A DNA stretch of 64,000 nucleotides from the human T2T-CHM13v2.0 reference genome, Homo sapiens (GCF_009914755.1 NC_060944.1), one strand, 5' to 3'. Shown: positions 12,567-27,160, numbered from the stretch's first letter. Notes: generated by a model not told the origin, from the sequence alone. Program-made: numbers and translations.

Positions 12567-15500
12567 TCTAGATGGTATTGAGGGTTGGGAATTTTAAATC
12601 AAGACATTTATTCAGAAATTACCAGATATAGTAGCATTTGCTTCTTATTTATTTCTTTGTTGCTAAGTGTTTGGCAAAACCTCTTTGCTGTGAGCACAAG
12701 GTTTGCTTTAGCAATTGTTGTCACATTACAGCAAGGAGTGGTGTCCAGCGCTGTAGTTATGTATTTGAGCAGTGTCCAGTGCTGTAGTTATGTGTTCCAG
12801 CCTCACCAGGCCCTGTGCTTCATTGTCTCCCACTCAAGACTGACCACAAATGGCCCACAGATCCACTGTGACAACCTTTCCCTTTGGGTTACTGTGGTGG
12901 CATCGAGAACATGGCTGGTTGGCTTTGCTGTAGTTTACTGTGATAACTGTGCCAGCAGTCCCTGCTTTCCTTTGTTAAGTATCCCATTCCACTGGAGGAT
13001 TACTTGGGCGTGCAGATTGGCATGAAAAGCAATGTATGGTTTGAGATTGTTAAAGTTTCTTTGGGATCAACATTTTCAATTCTGTATCAGCATTATCCCT
13101 CCCAGAGGGCTGGCTGGGAGAAATCATGAGAAGTTACAGTATCTTATTTGCTCAGCTAATCTAATTATAAATGATCCACACAGCTTGTGGTAAAACCAGC
13201 TTTTGGGGAGTTTTCATTTAATGCATACTTGTCTTCTGATTTCCTTCCTTCACCAAATAGTGTAGGATGCTCCCTCTTATTTTTGGCAAACATGCCTGTT
13301 ATCTTTTGGGACCCTGGGCTTCCTGGAAACCAGTTATGCAGAAGATGATTGTGTGTGTTAGACTGGGGTCATCCAGATGGCTAGAGTTCTCACTGGTTCT
13401 GTTTAAGGATTGACTTTAGACACCTCAGTGTAGGCTGCACCATGGCGTAAGGGTTGGGATTGTTGTTTAGAAGGGGGAAGTAAGCAAGGTGAGTTTAATT
13501 GGCCATTGCAGAATCTCACCCGTATCTCCCTCCTGAAATCCTCACTAAAGCTGCCGTTTGCTTTCAGGTGCTTTCATGCACAAGACACTGCATTTTGTAT
13601 CACAGGGTCCATATAATTCATTTTTCTCTCGTACTTAGTTCTCTGTGTTAAGAATTACTTACTTAGTTCTCTGTGTTAATAATTTTTGGCGAAACCAAAT
13701 TACCCGTCACAGGGTTACTGTAGATGTCTTTCATAGGTTTTCCAAACACCACTTGCCCACTTGTTTGGGAAGGCCCCAAGGACTGTTTAACATCTGCCTT
13801 CATGGTGGAAACAGCAACTATGAGAGATGCTAGCATGTTGGCACTGCCATGTTCCTCTGGTACCAGCCCAAGATAGGACTCAATTTGAGGCCTGGTGAAG
13901 TACTGTGTTCTAATAAAAATCCATCTACTTTTCATGGCCGTATATATCAATGTAATAGGGTAACTGGAAATGTGATCTTGTGCCTTTTAAAAATTTTGTG
14001 TGTTTAAAACAAAAATTTCTATTGGAAATGACAGAGCATAGCTTGTTGCTGTAGACACCTGAGAGTCCTTAAAAATAAATATTGGGTTATTGACACTTAG
14101 TTGCATGACAGAATTCCTCACTTGTACAGTTCCAAAGTCTTAGTCTTTACCCAGATTACAGAGGGTTATTAAGCATTAGGTTTGGTTTTGAAAGTGAGTG
14201 CTTGCTGTCTGGAGGTGAGCTTTAAGACTCGTCTGCCCTGCTTATGAGATGAGGAAGGGTGGCCTCTTCCTCCTGCATTTCTGTTCTTCGCTTCCTTCTC
14301 TGTCTGCTCACTCTGTGGAATGCCCACCCCAGCACGGGTGGGGTGGAACCTGTCAGATCAGTCTCTTGTTTCTGGGGTCTTGAGGCATTATAAGATCTAG
14401 TTGTTAGAAGTGTGGGATTAATTCATCTTTTCACATTCTTCTAAGTTCCTGCTTTTAGCTGCCACACCCACTTTGGCTAAGTGGGGGTCTTGCCATGTAA
14501 TTAGCGCCTCCATGCCAAGTGGCAGAATTGCTTCAATGGTGACAGATTGTCCCCATTCAAGAGTTCACTTTTGGCAACTCATCATTGATCCAGGAAGGTG
14601 ACATGGATGAAACTGGCTAAGACTTCAGACAGGCTTGTGTCCAGACTCTTGAGAAAGCTCTGTTGGCTTCTGGTCTGGCACTGTGAAGTTTGCTGTGATG
14701 CTGGCACCACAACCTGGTGTTTCCTAATTTGTTTCTCCCACATTTTGCTTTGGTTTTGTCTTTTGGGCAGCTTCCAGCTCCAGTAGAGCAGGACCAATAG
14801 GCATTTGTGGTTCTATATTCACCCTCCTCACGTGCTTCCTGGCTCCTCATTGCCCCCAGATGATGCCACAGGTCCCTGGGCCTGCTGCCAGTCGTCTGTG
14901 ATCTGGGCCTCTGCTGGCCCCTTCTCCAGCTGCTCTTTTCAGCCTCTTATTTGCAGTCACTGCCTAGGAAATCCTAGTCATCCTTCAAAACCTGCCTCTT
15001 GCACAGAGCTTTCTCTGATCTCTCTTTTCTGTAACCTTGGCTGACCTGAAACATTTCCCTCTTCTGAATTCCTGCTGCATGTCCGTAGCATTTCCCCCTC
15101 AGCCCTCCCCCATAGTCCACCTTGTCACTGCTGGGCACAGCAGTGTCTTCTGACAGACAGCTGGCCCTGAAGTGGTTCCCTTCACCCACACCATCCTTTG
15201 CCCCAGAGGAGGTATTGAGTGGGTCAGTGCACGTGAACTGCCAGTGTCATTTGCCAAAGAGCTGTTGACACACGCTGACATTTCTTTTGCTGAAAATCAT
15301 AAGGGCTTTGAGCTTCCCTCTGTCCAGGCACATGGTCAGGCTGACCCGGTAGCTCTGCCCCTGCTGACCTGCCATTTTTGTCCACAACAGTTATCCATGA
15401 GCAGAAACATTTGTGTAACTGAGGCAGAAACTTAGTTCAAGTAAAATGTCACTAAATTCGAGTCAGTTTTTGTCTTAGACCCTAAATGAAACCAAATTTT

Positions 15501-16090
15501 CATAAATTTTCTTGTTTTAAAGAAAAATTTAATGAGCTACATTTAAACTGAGAACATCAGATAGTGTCTGAGATTATCAAAATAGAACATCAAAAGTATT
15601 TTTCTGAATGAACTGAACCAAACCAGAATGAAAGGGCAAGCCCTGGGGAGCCTGTCTCCAAGCCTTCTCTGAAAGGGAGTCTGTATTTGGTGATAACTGC
15701 TCAGCCTCTCCAAAGGGCCTCACCTGCTGTCTCTCCCAGTTTTATTTTTAATTGCCTGTGAGTTTTCTGTGCAGGGTAAGGCACCTACATTCTATGCCAG
15801 CAGCCTGATCAGGTCCTGGGTAATGTTTGAAATGGCTACACAGAGGAGTTTCAAAGCCTTTTGTTCAATCTGGCTTCACCTCGTAGACGGTGAGAAAGCG
15901 TCAGAGCCCTGCAGGATCCCGTTGCCACGTTTGACCGGGGAGCCGATGGGTTTGGAAGTCTGAGCCCTGTCTGCACAACCTGCCCCGGTCAGCAGCTTCG
16001 TGCCCCCACCCCCATCTCCCCATGAGGCAGGCATCTGTGCTGACCATGGCTTCCATGTTCAGAAACCCCCAGGCCTTTGAGTTATCATGA

Positions 16091-16522
<432 letters not shown>

Positions 16523-17299
16523 TAACAACAGTTAACACCAGTTCTTAGGGAAAGGAGAGTTTCTTACCCAAAAGACTGGTTCCTGCTTGTGCAGCTGCAG
16601 AGGGACTGGAGCGGCAGCCTGCAAGTCCCAGTGAAGCATGCTGCCTTCTTTGTGGTCCTCAGTCTTCGAGTCTGAAGAGAGGGAAGAAGGGGTATAGGGG
16701 CTCACTCCAGTTTCATAGCTAGTGAAAGTTTTCTGGGCCAGGTCTTGGGTTTTTTTGTTGTGGGAAGAGTTTATAACACCAGCTACTTGCTTGGTAAAAG
16801 TTGGTCTTGGAACATGGCAAGGCATTGTGGCAAGCAGCACTGCCGCTGAACGCGCTGCTCCTGGGGCTTTGGAATAATTCCCCTGGATCCGTAACTTGGG
16901 GGTGTTCATGTCATTCTGGGGAACAGTGGAGGGAGTGCGCGGCAGCACCTGGGGGCACCAGTGAAGAGTGGCCAGCCACCAACCTCTAGAACCTAACTGG
17001 GGTCGAATCCTGGCCCCACCTTACTAGCTCATCACAGTGTCTCCGTTTCCTCTTCTGTCAAACTCAGGTTTTGCGAGGGTTCTGGGAGGTCCTATACGGG
17101 AAGGGTTAGCAGTTACCATGGGTGTGTAGCACGGGCTTTATCTGAAGGGAAGGTGGAGCCGTAGGGAGACCATGTGGAGTGGGGCTCCAGGGCTGTGTGG
17201 GTGGGGAGGGATCTGCTTCTGGGTTACCCCATGCCTCCCCTTCTCAAGTACTACTTTTTAATCATCATGGCTCCTGCCATTCATTTCATAGTTGATGTA

Positions 17300-17607
17300 A
17301 GCCAGGTGCGGTGGCTCACGTCTTTAATCCCAGCACTTGGGGAGGCTGAGGCCAGGAGGATCACTCGAGGCCAGGAGTTCAAGACCAGCTTGGGCAACAT
17401 AGTGAGACCCCCGTCTCTACAAAAAAACAAAAACAGTTAGTCAGACATCGTGGTGCTCCCCTATAGTCCAGCTACTCAGGAGGCTGAGGCAGGAGGATTG
17501 CTTGTGCCCGGGAGTTCAAGGCTGCAGTGAGCTATGCTTGCACCACTGCACTCTAGCCTGGGTGACAGAGCAAGACCCTGTCTCAAAAATAAATAAATAA
17601 AAAAAAT
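17300..17607 (+). mobile_element. AluJ-like
   Basis: Alu dimer with ggaggattgcttg...ggagttcaaggctgcagtgagctatg. Confidence 0.9.
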
Positions 17608-18244
17608 AGTAGAAGTAAGATCTAGAATGTAGCACAGGTTACCAGGACGTAGGCAAGGGGTTCGGGCTGCCTGGCTCTTGAGGATGGTAGCAGTGCAGCT
17701 GATGTGAGTGCTTTCTGCCCTCTGGTGGTGACCGCGCCGGAGTCACCAGCCCTGCCATAGCCCTGATGGGGCAGAGGGTTCTGAGTACGGTGGATGGAGG
17801 TGCTTTCTGGAAGATTCTCAGGAGTAACATGGGCAGTGTGTTGGAATGTGCTAGAGGATTTATGCAGTAGCCTTTTAAAAGAATGCTTTTTAGCATTTGC
17901 AAGCCTGACATTAAGAGTGACTTCTGGGAAACTATTTGCTTGTTGAGGGAAACTGAATTTCAACAGAGCAGAAGAGCTGTGCGCTTTTTGCTTGGCAGAG
18001 TGAATACAGCCAGCTCAGAGGTTTTGATGTTAGGATCTGTTTGCTCCAACAGACTTTGTTTTTAAAAGGCTTTTCTCAGCCATAGCTGTCTGTTCTAGCA
18101 CAAGGCTGGAATGAGTTCCTTGTGAAAGAGGTGAGCAGGTGTGAGGGAGGGTGTCAGTGGGCGGTAACCCACACCTTCAAGGATTAAAGGAAAACTTGCA
18201 TTTGGCATGCTTGCTTCTTATTCAATTTTAAAATACATTTTAAC

Positions 18245-18549
18245 GGCCGGGCACGGTGGCTAACACCTGTAATCCCAGCACTTTGAGGGGCTGAGGTGGG
18301 TGGTTCACGAGGCCAGGGGTTCAAGACCAGCCTGGCCAAGATGGTGAAACCCCATCTCTACTAAAAATACAAAAAAAAAAAAAATTAGCCGGGCGTGGTG
18401 GCGGGCACCTGTAATCCCAGCTACTCGGGAGGCTGAGGCAGAGAATTGCTTGAACCCAGGAGGCGGAGGTTGCATTGAGCCGAGATCATGCCACTGCATT
18501 CCAGCCTGGGCGGCAGAGCAAGACTCTGTCTCAAAATAATAATAATAAT
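18245..18549 (+). mobile_element. AluS
   Basis: Alu dimer, (AAT)n tail, aaaatacattttaa duplicated on both flanks. Confidence 0.95.
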
Positions 18550-19930
18550 TTTTTAAAAATACATTTTAAGTCCTTTTCTTCCCCACCTGCCTCCACCCAC
18601 CAAATAGAAGAGGTATTTCTTCTTCTTTAATGTCATTAAGGTTATATGGATACCATTTTCTAGAGAGGAAAGAATGATGGAATTGCCTAGTGTGAGTCTA
18701 GCAATTATCCTAACATACACAAATTTCTCCTTGTTCTGTGCCAAGATACTGTATTTAATATTTAATGAACATTAAATATTATTTACTAGTGTATTTAATG
18801 GCTGAGGCAGGGTTAAATATGTATTATTTTCATCCCAGCAGAGTTGGGGGAGGTCCTAGTAACTATGCCATGAGCTCTGTGAGGGTGAGGTGGTGTCTTT
18901 GCCCCCGCCTCCCTGGCACAGTGACTGGCACATGATTGGCATAGTGTGGACATTCGTCAAGTGAAGGAAGGCATCATGAGCAGATCTCTGGCCTGAATCC
19001 TTCTGCCATCAGCTGCTCGCCAGGTGGCCCTGGCACTGGGCCACAGGGAAACTCTCCAGGCTGGTATGGTTCCTGTCTGTGGCTGTCTTCCCGGGCCCAT
19101 GTTAGGAGACTTTCACTTCCAGAGCCCTTTCCCTCTCAGGGCCTTGCTTACCAAGTGACTGGTTCCCATTTACTAGGAGCTCTTAGGTCATTGAAGATGT
19201 TGCGTACTCCCCCCAGTGAGGGCTGCCTTTTGATCACAGCCGCCAGAAGCCTCAAGGAAGGAGCAGAGCTGGAAACAGACGCCAGGCCATTGCTTCTGTT
19301 CCTCTGGGGCAGACCCAGCCACGGAAGAGACATTCTGGGACAAGGGCTGGGGTCCACCTTTCAAACGTGTCTGCAGCAGGCTCTCAGCATGGACTCTCTG
19401 CCTCCAAACATCCACCTCCTCATCGGAAAATGGATGGGAGTGCCTGCCTGGAGCAGCTGGTGGGAGAGCGCAGCGCCAGCACGTAGGACACACTCGGTTC
19501 ATGGGCTGATGCCGTTCGCATTGACTGCCTCTTCAGCTGGGTGTTGAGCCACACCTTGGAGTCACCAGTCTTTGGAGACCAAGTCTGCTACTTTTTTCTC
19601 TAAAGTGACAATCCTCTGAAACCTCCAGATCATCTTGAAGCCCCCGTCTGAAAGTTGCCCAGAGCCAGTGCCTCACCTGCTGTTCCTTGTTCACTTTTTC
19701 ACGGGAGGCCTTGCAGGGCTTTATGACAAGATTTTATGGGTGGCTGCCCAGCATCATTGTGACTCGTGAGACAGAGAGAAACCAGTTGTAACCATGTAGA
19801 CAGTGGAAGTGATAGGGAGAAAAGAGGTGAGGGGACTCTTCAATCCGAAGGGAAATGAAGTCTAAGCAGGCGCACCCTGCAGGTTCAGTGTCAAGCCCAG
19901 GGCCTGGCCCCAGGGTGTGGTATTTGTTGA

Positions 19931-20338
<408 letters not shown>

Positions 20339-20396
20339 TGATGTTTTTTCCTAAGTAGAAACTGAAGCGCTCCTCTTCCAAAATACAGAGACTCAC

Positions 20397-20767
20397 TGTG
20401 TTAGTCTGTTTTTGCGTTACTAATAAAGGCGTACCTGAGACTCGGTAATTTGTAAAGAAAAGAGGTTTAACTGGCTCCCGGTTCTGCAGGCTGTACAAGC
20501 ATGGCACCAGCATCTGCTCGGCTCCTGGGGAGGCCTCAGGGAGCTTCCAGTCATGGTGGAAGGTGAAGGGGAGCAGGAGCAAGAGATGGGGGAGGTCCCA
20601 GACTCTTAACCAGCTCTCTTGTGAATGCATTGCCTCAGGGAGGGCACCAAGCCTTTCATGAGGGACCTGTCCCCCTGACCCAGACACCTCCCACCCAGCC
20701 CCACCTCCAACACTAGGGATCACATTTCAGCATGAGATTGGGAGGGGACAGACATCTAACGGTGTTA
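20397..20767 (-). mobile_element. MST-family (ERVL-MaLR) solo LTR in PTPN1 intron 6
   Basis: tgtgttagtctg...ggtaatttgtaaagaaaagaggtttaactggctc...ccacctccaacactagggatcacatttcagcatgagattg matches the reverse of the recalled MSTA/MSTB consensus. Confidence 0.85.
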
Positions 20768-20783
20768 TTAACGTTGCCCTTGA

Positions 20784-21005
<222 letters not shown>

Positions 21006-21360
21006 TGAATCCAGGTGTGACCATTTTAACTTTTTTGTCTTTGAAGGAGGCTGTCAGTTGTAAAAGTTCAAACACCGTCTGGTGTCAGGGGAAATAGCTA
21101 CCCTTCATGTTTAAAATAGCTAGAAAGTTGTCAAAATGTTCACCATGTTGCACTTTGTGCCTTTGAAGTGCTCACATAGAGAGCATTGATAGGAAGACGA
21201 GACTTTATTTTCAAAAGATTTCATCTTCCAAGTACATGGCTGCAGCCCTGAGAGGCCGAGAGCCCCTCGCCAAGCCGTCACCTCTGCTCATGCAAAGGGA
21301 TTTCCTGACAAACCAGCCGAAGTGAACACTAATAGGACTTCCTCTTGCTGCTCTTTCAAG

Positions 21361-21584
21361 GATCAGTGGAAGGAGCTTTCCCACGAGGACCTGGAGCCCC
21401 CACCCGAGCATATCCCCCCACCTCCCCGGCCACCCAAACGAATCCTGGAGCCACACAATGGGAAATGCAGGGAGTTCTTCCCAAATCACCAGTGGGTGAA
21501 GGAAGAGACCCAGGAGGATAAAGACTGCCCCATCAAGGAAGAAAAAGGAAGCCCCTTAAATGCCGCACCCTACGGCATCGAAAG
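21361..21584 (+). CDS. PTPN1: PTP1B exon 8, proline-rich region
   Basis: ttcaag|GATCAG...CGAAAG|gtaata; contains PPPEHIPPPPRPPKR; 224 nt. Confidence 0.99.
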
Positions 21585-22922
21585 GTAATATGATTGGGTC
21601 CCAGCTTGTTGGGGTGAGGGGAAATGACTTTCTGTTCTAGAAACACACGCTGGTACTGAAACCCTGTGGATGCAGCCTCCTGTTGGCAAGCAGCGCTTCC
21701 GCATCCTTGGGGAACAGGGCGCGTGGACCACAGCCACTCCACTCCTGGCTGCTGGAGGTCCGGTATTGGGCACAGGGTGGCCGCAGGACATGAGCCACTT
21801 CTGTGGGCTTCTAGTGCCACCTTGTGGTGCTTGTTGGAATGAGGGGCTCGGAGCCACCGAGTAGGGTTTTTCTGCCCCCCCTGACGACAGCGCCCTCCCC
21901 CAGGTTTCCGGACAGTCCTGAAATGTGATGTCCAGGCTTGAGTGCCCTCAGTCCCCACAGTGGTCCTTTGGGGAATGTAACCTTTTTTATGTGGTCTTGA
22001 TTAAATCCCATTTTACTTCCTTGCAGGTTAACAACCATTATTGAGTACCTATTGATATGTGTGGTGTACTGAGTTAACTAGAACATGTCCCCTGGTCTGT
22101 GTTCTAGACCATCTTGCTGGGAAAAAGGCAGACCCAAAGCATATTTTGGTGGGGGCCCATGGACAGTGATGTGATAGAGGTGTCCGCTGAGGTGGTCAGG
22201 GAAGGCTGCTTGCAGTAGGTGGCCGTGCACGGAAAGTTTGCAGAATGAGCAGGTGTTAGTTCCAGCTGGAGATGACTGCCGGCTGTGCCCTTGGTACCTG
22301 CTTTCTGGAGGGAAGTTTTAAGACGTGTGCATACTTGACCCAGCAGTTGTATACATGGAGAAATTTACTTTGCAGCAACTCTCAAAACAAGCGTGTAAAG
22401 ATGTGTATAGGTAGTTGTGTTTGTTGTGGCATTGTTTGTAGTAGTGAAAAATTAGAGACAGGCCAATGATATAACCAGGGACCTGATCAATTATGTTCTC
22501 TCCCGGTGTTGGGATATTCTGTAGCTCTTAAAGAATGAGATCTGGGTGTACTGATGTGGCCAGACATTGCAATTGCAGTACATGAGAAGGCAAATCATAC
22601 AGTAGTGTGTACACCAGTGAGTCCTCCAGCCAGATAAATCCTCACAGTGACCAGTCGCCCAGGCACCTTGTGAACCCTACCCTGGGTGTGGGTGCTATCT
22701 GAAGTACCTGGGGGAGGGGGTGACAAGTGGACTTCAGGCTGATGTGGGCCCTGGCCTGGCCCTCCCTCCAAGCAGAGGGGGCTGGCTCGCTGGAAGGTTA
22801 ACATCATCCAACTCTGTCTACACGTGGCTTGTTTTTTCCTAGAATTCCTGCCACAATAGCAGCATCCTTGCCATTCATTTTCTCCAAAGTGAGTAACCCA
22901 TCTCTGCCCTCTGATTCCTCAG

Positions 22923-23118
22923 CATGAGTCAAGACACTGAAGTTAGAAGTCGGGTCGTGGGGGGAAGTCTTCGAGGTGCCCAGGCTGCCTCCCCAGCCAA
23001 AGGGGAGCCGTCACTGCCCGAGAAGGACGAGGACCATGCACTGAGTTACTGGAAGCCCTTCCTGGTCAACATGTGCGTGGCTACGGTCCTCACGGCCGGC
23101 GCTTACCTCTGCTACAGG
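22923..23118 (+). CDS. PTPN1: PTP1B exon 9, includes hydrophobic ER tail anchor
   Basis: cctcag|CATGAG...TACAGG|gtatgt; ends FLVNMCVATVLTAGAYLCYR; 196 nt. Confidence 0.99.
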
Positions 23119-24349
23119 GTATGTTTCCACTGACAGACGCGCTGGCGAGATGCTCGTGTGCAGAGAGCACTGGCCGCTAGCCCGATGGTAGGATTCAGTT
23201 CTGTGGTGCATCTGAGCCAGTCTCAGAAGAAACAGATCAAAGGTTTTTAAAGTCTGGAACTGTGGAAGGGCTAACAAGAGAATTAAGGATCGATGCACTG
23301 GGGTTTTAAGGAGCCCTCTGGTCCCAAGAATATAAGAGTCTAATCTCAGGGCCTTAACCTATTCAGGAGTAAGTAGAGAAAATGCCAAATACGTCTGTTT
23401 CTCTCTCTCTTTTTTTTTTTATTCCTTTGTTTTTGGAAAAAAATAGAGTTACAACACATTGTTGTTTTTAACCTTTATAAAAAGCAGCTTTTTGTTATTT
23501 CTGGAACAAAAAAAAACAAAGTAGGCACTTATGAAACTTTCTCATACCCTTAGGTGATGTAATCAGCCATATAATTTATATTTGATTTCCCAGGGAAGGA
23601 ATCCCAAACTTTTACGAATGTAAACTCCCTTGGAGAAGAGGGTTAGGACGCTGTTGCGCTCAAGCCCCCCTCAGCTGTGTGCACACTGAGCCAGGACAGG
23701 GTCTTTGAGCTTTCCCACTATAAGAAGAACAGCAACAAAAGGCCGTCTAGAAAAACAGAACCTGCCTCTGCTTCTGCTCAGGGTGTCCCCGCTGGGTTTC
23801 CATTGTCCTTTCTCCATTGCTCCCTCCTGTGACAGCCATCTTGCTCATGTACCAGCCCTCATCACCCCATCCCCATAAATGGGTGTCCTCGAGGCCTCTG
23901 CCTGGGGGTCAGAGGTCACCACAGGGTGGCCATTGGCATGTCAACCCGCTGTTAATTCAGAGAAGTGGGCTCCACCTCATTGGGAGAAGTGCCATTTCAG
24001 CAGAAATTCACACGTTAGACGTGTGTTGCTGTTAAGTAAGGGGAAGAGAGAGGACTAGCCTCAGAGCTCTGGCCATGGAAATGACCTCCTAAGACTTTTT
24101 CGTGGTTTTAAATATTTTACCTCTTTCCAGGTGGCATCTGAGTACATCAGATGGTTTTGCAAAATGCAAACAATTTTTTCCTTGGGGATGATTTTTGGGG
24201 AGAGGGGGCTACTGTAAAAAATAAAACCAAAACCCCCTTTGCTCCCTCGGAGGTTGAAGTTGCCGGGGGGTGTGGCCGGGGTCATGCATGAGGCGACAGC
24301 TCTGCAGGTGCGGGTCTGGGCTCATCTGAACTGTTTGGTTTCATTCCAG

Positions 24350-24373
24350 TTCCTGTTCAACAGCAACACATAG
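24350..24373 (+). CDS. PTPN1: PTP1B exon 10 coding part, FLFNSNT*
   Basis: ttccag|TTC CTG TTC AAC AGC AAC ACA TAG. Confidence 0.99.
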   Translation, partial: FLFNSNT

Positions 24374-26900
24374 CCTGACCCTCCTCCACTCCACCTCCAC
24401 CCACTGTCCGCCTCTGCCCGCAGAGCCCACGCCCGACTAGCAGGCATGCCGCGGTAGGTAAGGGCCGCCGGACCGCGTAGAGAGCCGGGCCCCGGACGGA
24501 CGTTGGTTCTGCACTAAAACCCATCTTCCCCGGATGTGTGTCTCACCCCTCATCCTTTTACTTTTTGCCCCTTCCACTTTGAGTACCAAATCCACAAGCC
24601 ATTTTTTGAGGAGAGTGAAAGAGAGTACCATGCTGGCGGCGCAGAGGGAAGGGGCCTACACCCGTCTTGGGGCTCGCCCCACCCAGGGCTCCCTCCTGGA
24701 GCATCCCAGGCGGGCGGCACGCCAACAGCCCCCCCCTTGAATCTGCAGGGAGCAACTCTCCACTCCATATTTATTTAAACAATTTTTTCCCCAAAGGCAT
24801 CCATAGTGCACTAGCATTTTCTTGAACCAATAATGTATTAAAATTTTTTGATGTCAGCCTTGCATCAAGGGCTTTATCAAAAAGTACAATAATAAATCCT
24901 CAGGTAGTACTGGGAATGGAAGGCTTTGCCATGGGCCTGCTGCGTCAGACCAGTACTGGGAAGGAGGACGGTTGTAAGCAGTTGTTATTTAGTGATATTG
25001 TGGGTAACGTGAGAAGATAGAACAATGCTATAATATATAATGAACACGTGGGTATTTAATAAGAAACATGATGTGAGATTACTTTGTCCCGCTTATTCTC
25101 CTCCCTGTTATCTGCTAGATCTAGTTCTCAATCACTGCTCCCCCGTGTGTATTAGAATGCATGTAAGGTCTTCTTGTGTCCTGATGAAAAATATGTGCTT
25201 GAAATGAGAAACTTTGATCTCTGCTTACTAATGTGCCCCATGTCCAAGTCCAACCTGCCTGTGCATGACCTGATCATTACATGGCTGTGGTTCCTAAGCC
25301 TGTTGCTGAAGTCATTGTCGCTCAGCAATAGGGTGCAGTTTTCCAGGAATAGGCATTTGCCTAATTCCTGGCATGACACTCTAGTGACTTCCTGGTGAGG
25401 CCCAGCCTGTCCTGGTACAGCAGGGTCTTGCTGTAACTCAGACATTCCAAGGGTATGGGAAGCCATATTCACACCTCACGCTCTGGACATGATTTAGGGA
25501 AGCAGGGACACCCCCCGCCCCCCACCTTTGGGATCAGCCTCCGCCATTCCAAGTCAACACTCTTCTTGAGCAGACCGTGATTTGGAAGAGAGGCACCTGC
25601 TGGAAACCACACTTCTTGAAACAGCCTGGGTGACGGTCCTTTAGGCAGCCTGCCGCCGTCTCTGTCCCGGTTCACCTTGCCGAGAGAGGCGCGTCTGCCC
25701 CACCCTCAAACCCTGTGGGGCCTGATGGTGCTCACGACTCTTCCTGCAAAGGGAACTGAAGACCTCCACATTAAGTGGCTTTTTAACATGAAAAACACGG
25801 CAGCTGTAGCTCCCGAGCTACTCTCTTGCCAGCATTTTCACATTTTGCCTTTCTCGTGGTAGAAGCCAGTACAGAGAAATTCTGTGGTGGGAACATTCGA
25901 GGTGTCACCCTGCAGAGCTATGGTGAGGTGTGGATAAGGCTTAGGTGCCAGGCTGTAAGCATTCTGAGCTGGGCTTGTTGTTTTTAAGTCCTGTATATGT
26001 ATGTAGTAGTTTGGGTGTGTATATATAGTAGCATTTCAAAATGGACGTACTGGTTTAACCTCCTATCCTTGGAGAGCAGCTGGCTCTCCACCTTGTTACA
26101 CATTATGTTAGAGAGGTAGCGAGCTGCTCTGCTATATGCCTTAAGCCAATATTTACTCATCAGGTCATTATTTTTTACAATGGCCATGGAATAAACCATT
26201 TTTACAAAAATAAAAACAAAAAAAGCAAGGTGTTTTGGTATAATACCTTTTCAGGTGTGTGTGGATACGTGGCTGCATGACCGGGTGGGTGGGGGGGAGT
26301 GTCTCAGGGTCTTCTGTGACCTCACAGAACTGTCAGACTGTACAGTTTTCCAACTTGCCATATTCATGATGGGTTTGCATTTTAGCTGCAACAATAAAAT
26401 TTTTTTCTAAAGAACATGAATTTGGGGTGCTTCCCATTTTTTTCTTTGCTTAATAGAGCTAAACCAGGATGAGTAACTCCTGTTTCTTTCTATCCCTGCT
26501 GATGTGAAACAGATGTTGTCAATCAGCTGGGGTTAGAGTTTTCCACTTCTAAGAATTAACCTCAGCATCCCTGCATTGCCAGCACCCTCAGGCTGGAGCG
26601 CTTTCCTTGACTGTGAGCTTGTTGAACACCTTAGGCCTCAGCCCATTTCCTTCCCAAATTGACGCTTTGCCTGTGTAGGGCCCTCAGATAACTTAACAAA
26701 CTTACCAGTGTTGTTTGAAGAACAGTGTTTTGAGTTGTAATCTCAAAACCATATCCCTTACCCAATTACCTGTAAGACACAATGGTTACCACATCTCAGT
26801 ACGTAAAGTCCACTTGATATAGAATTGACTTAGAAATAAGACAGATTAGTATAGTTTTTCATTTGTGTACAAAATTAAACAATGTAAATTCCCCCCAAAG
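24374..26900 (+). other. PTPN1: PTPN1 3'UTR with several candidate poly(A) signals
   Basis: AATAAA at 24891, 26190, 26209, 26393 and ATTAAA at 26874; the site actually used cannot be read from sequence. Confidence 0.75.
26190..26214 (+). terminator. PTPN1: Tandem AATAAA poly(A) signals with GU-rich downstream element
   Basis: gaataaaccatttttacaaaaataaaaac followed by ggtgttttggt. Confidence 0.75.
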
Positions 26901-27160
26901 TGATTTTTTTGACTTTTTGAAGTAATTTTGGACTTGCAAAATGTTGCCAAAATAGTACGAAGAGTTCCCCAGTACCCTCGAAGTTTCCTCGACTGTTTCA
27001 AAGCTGGCTGCAGGCCCAGGCTCATGAGACTGGGAAGAGGACAGGCTGTGGTCATGTGGACCCACAGGGGCCTGGGGCTGCAGAAGTCAGTGTGGCTTCC
27101 ACCATTTCAGGTATAAAAAAGGGCATCTAAGCTTTCAAGAAGAGGGAGGATGCTCTAGGG

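Noticed and set aside
12741-13678. Short direct duplications at 12741..12792 and 13632..13678 (also about 48998..49035, 52286..52334, 61349..61383)
   Set aside because: Two-copy slippage-type duplications are common and show no further structure
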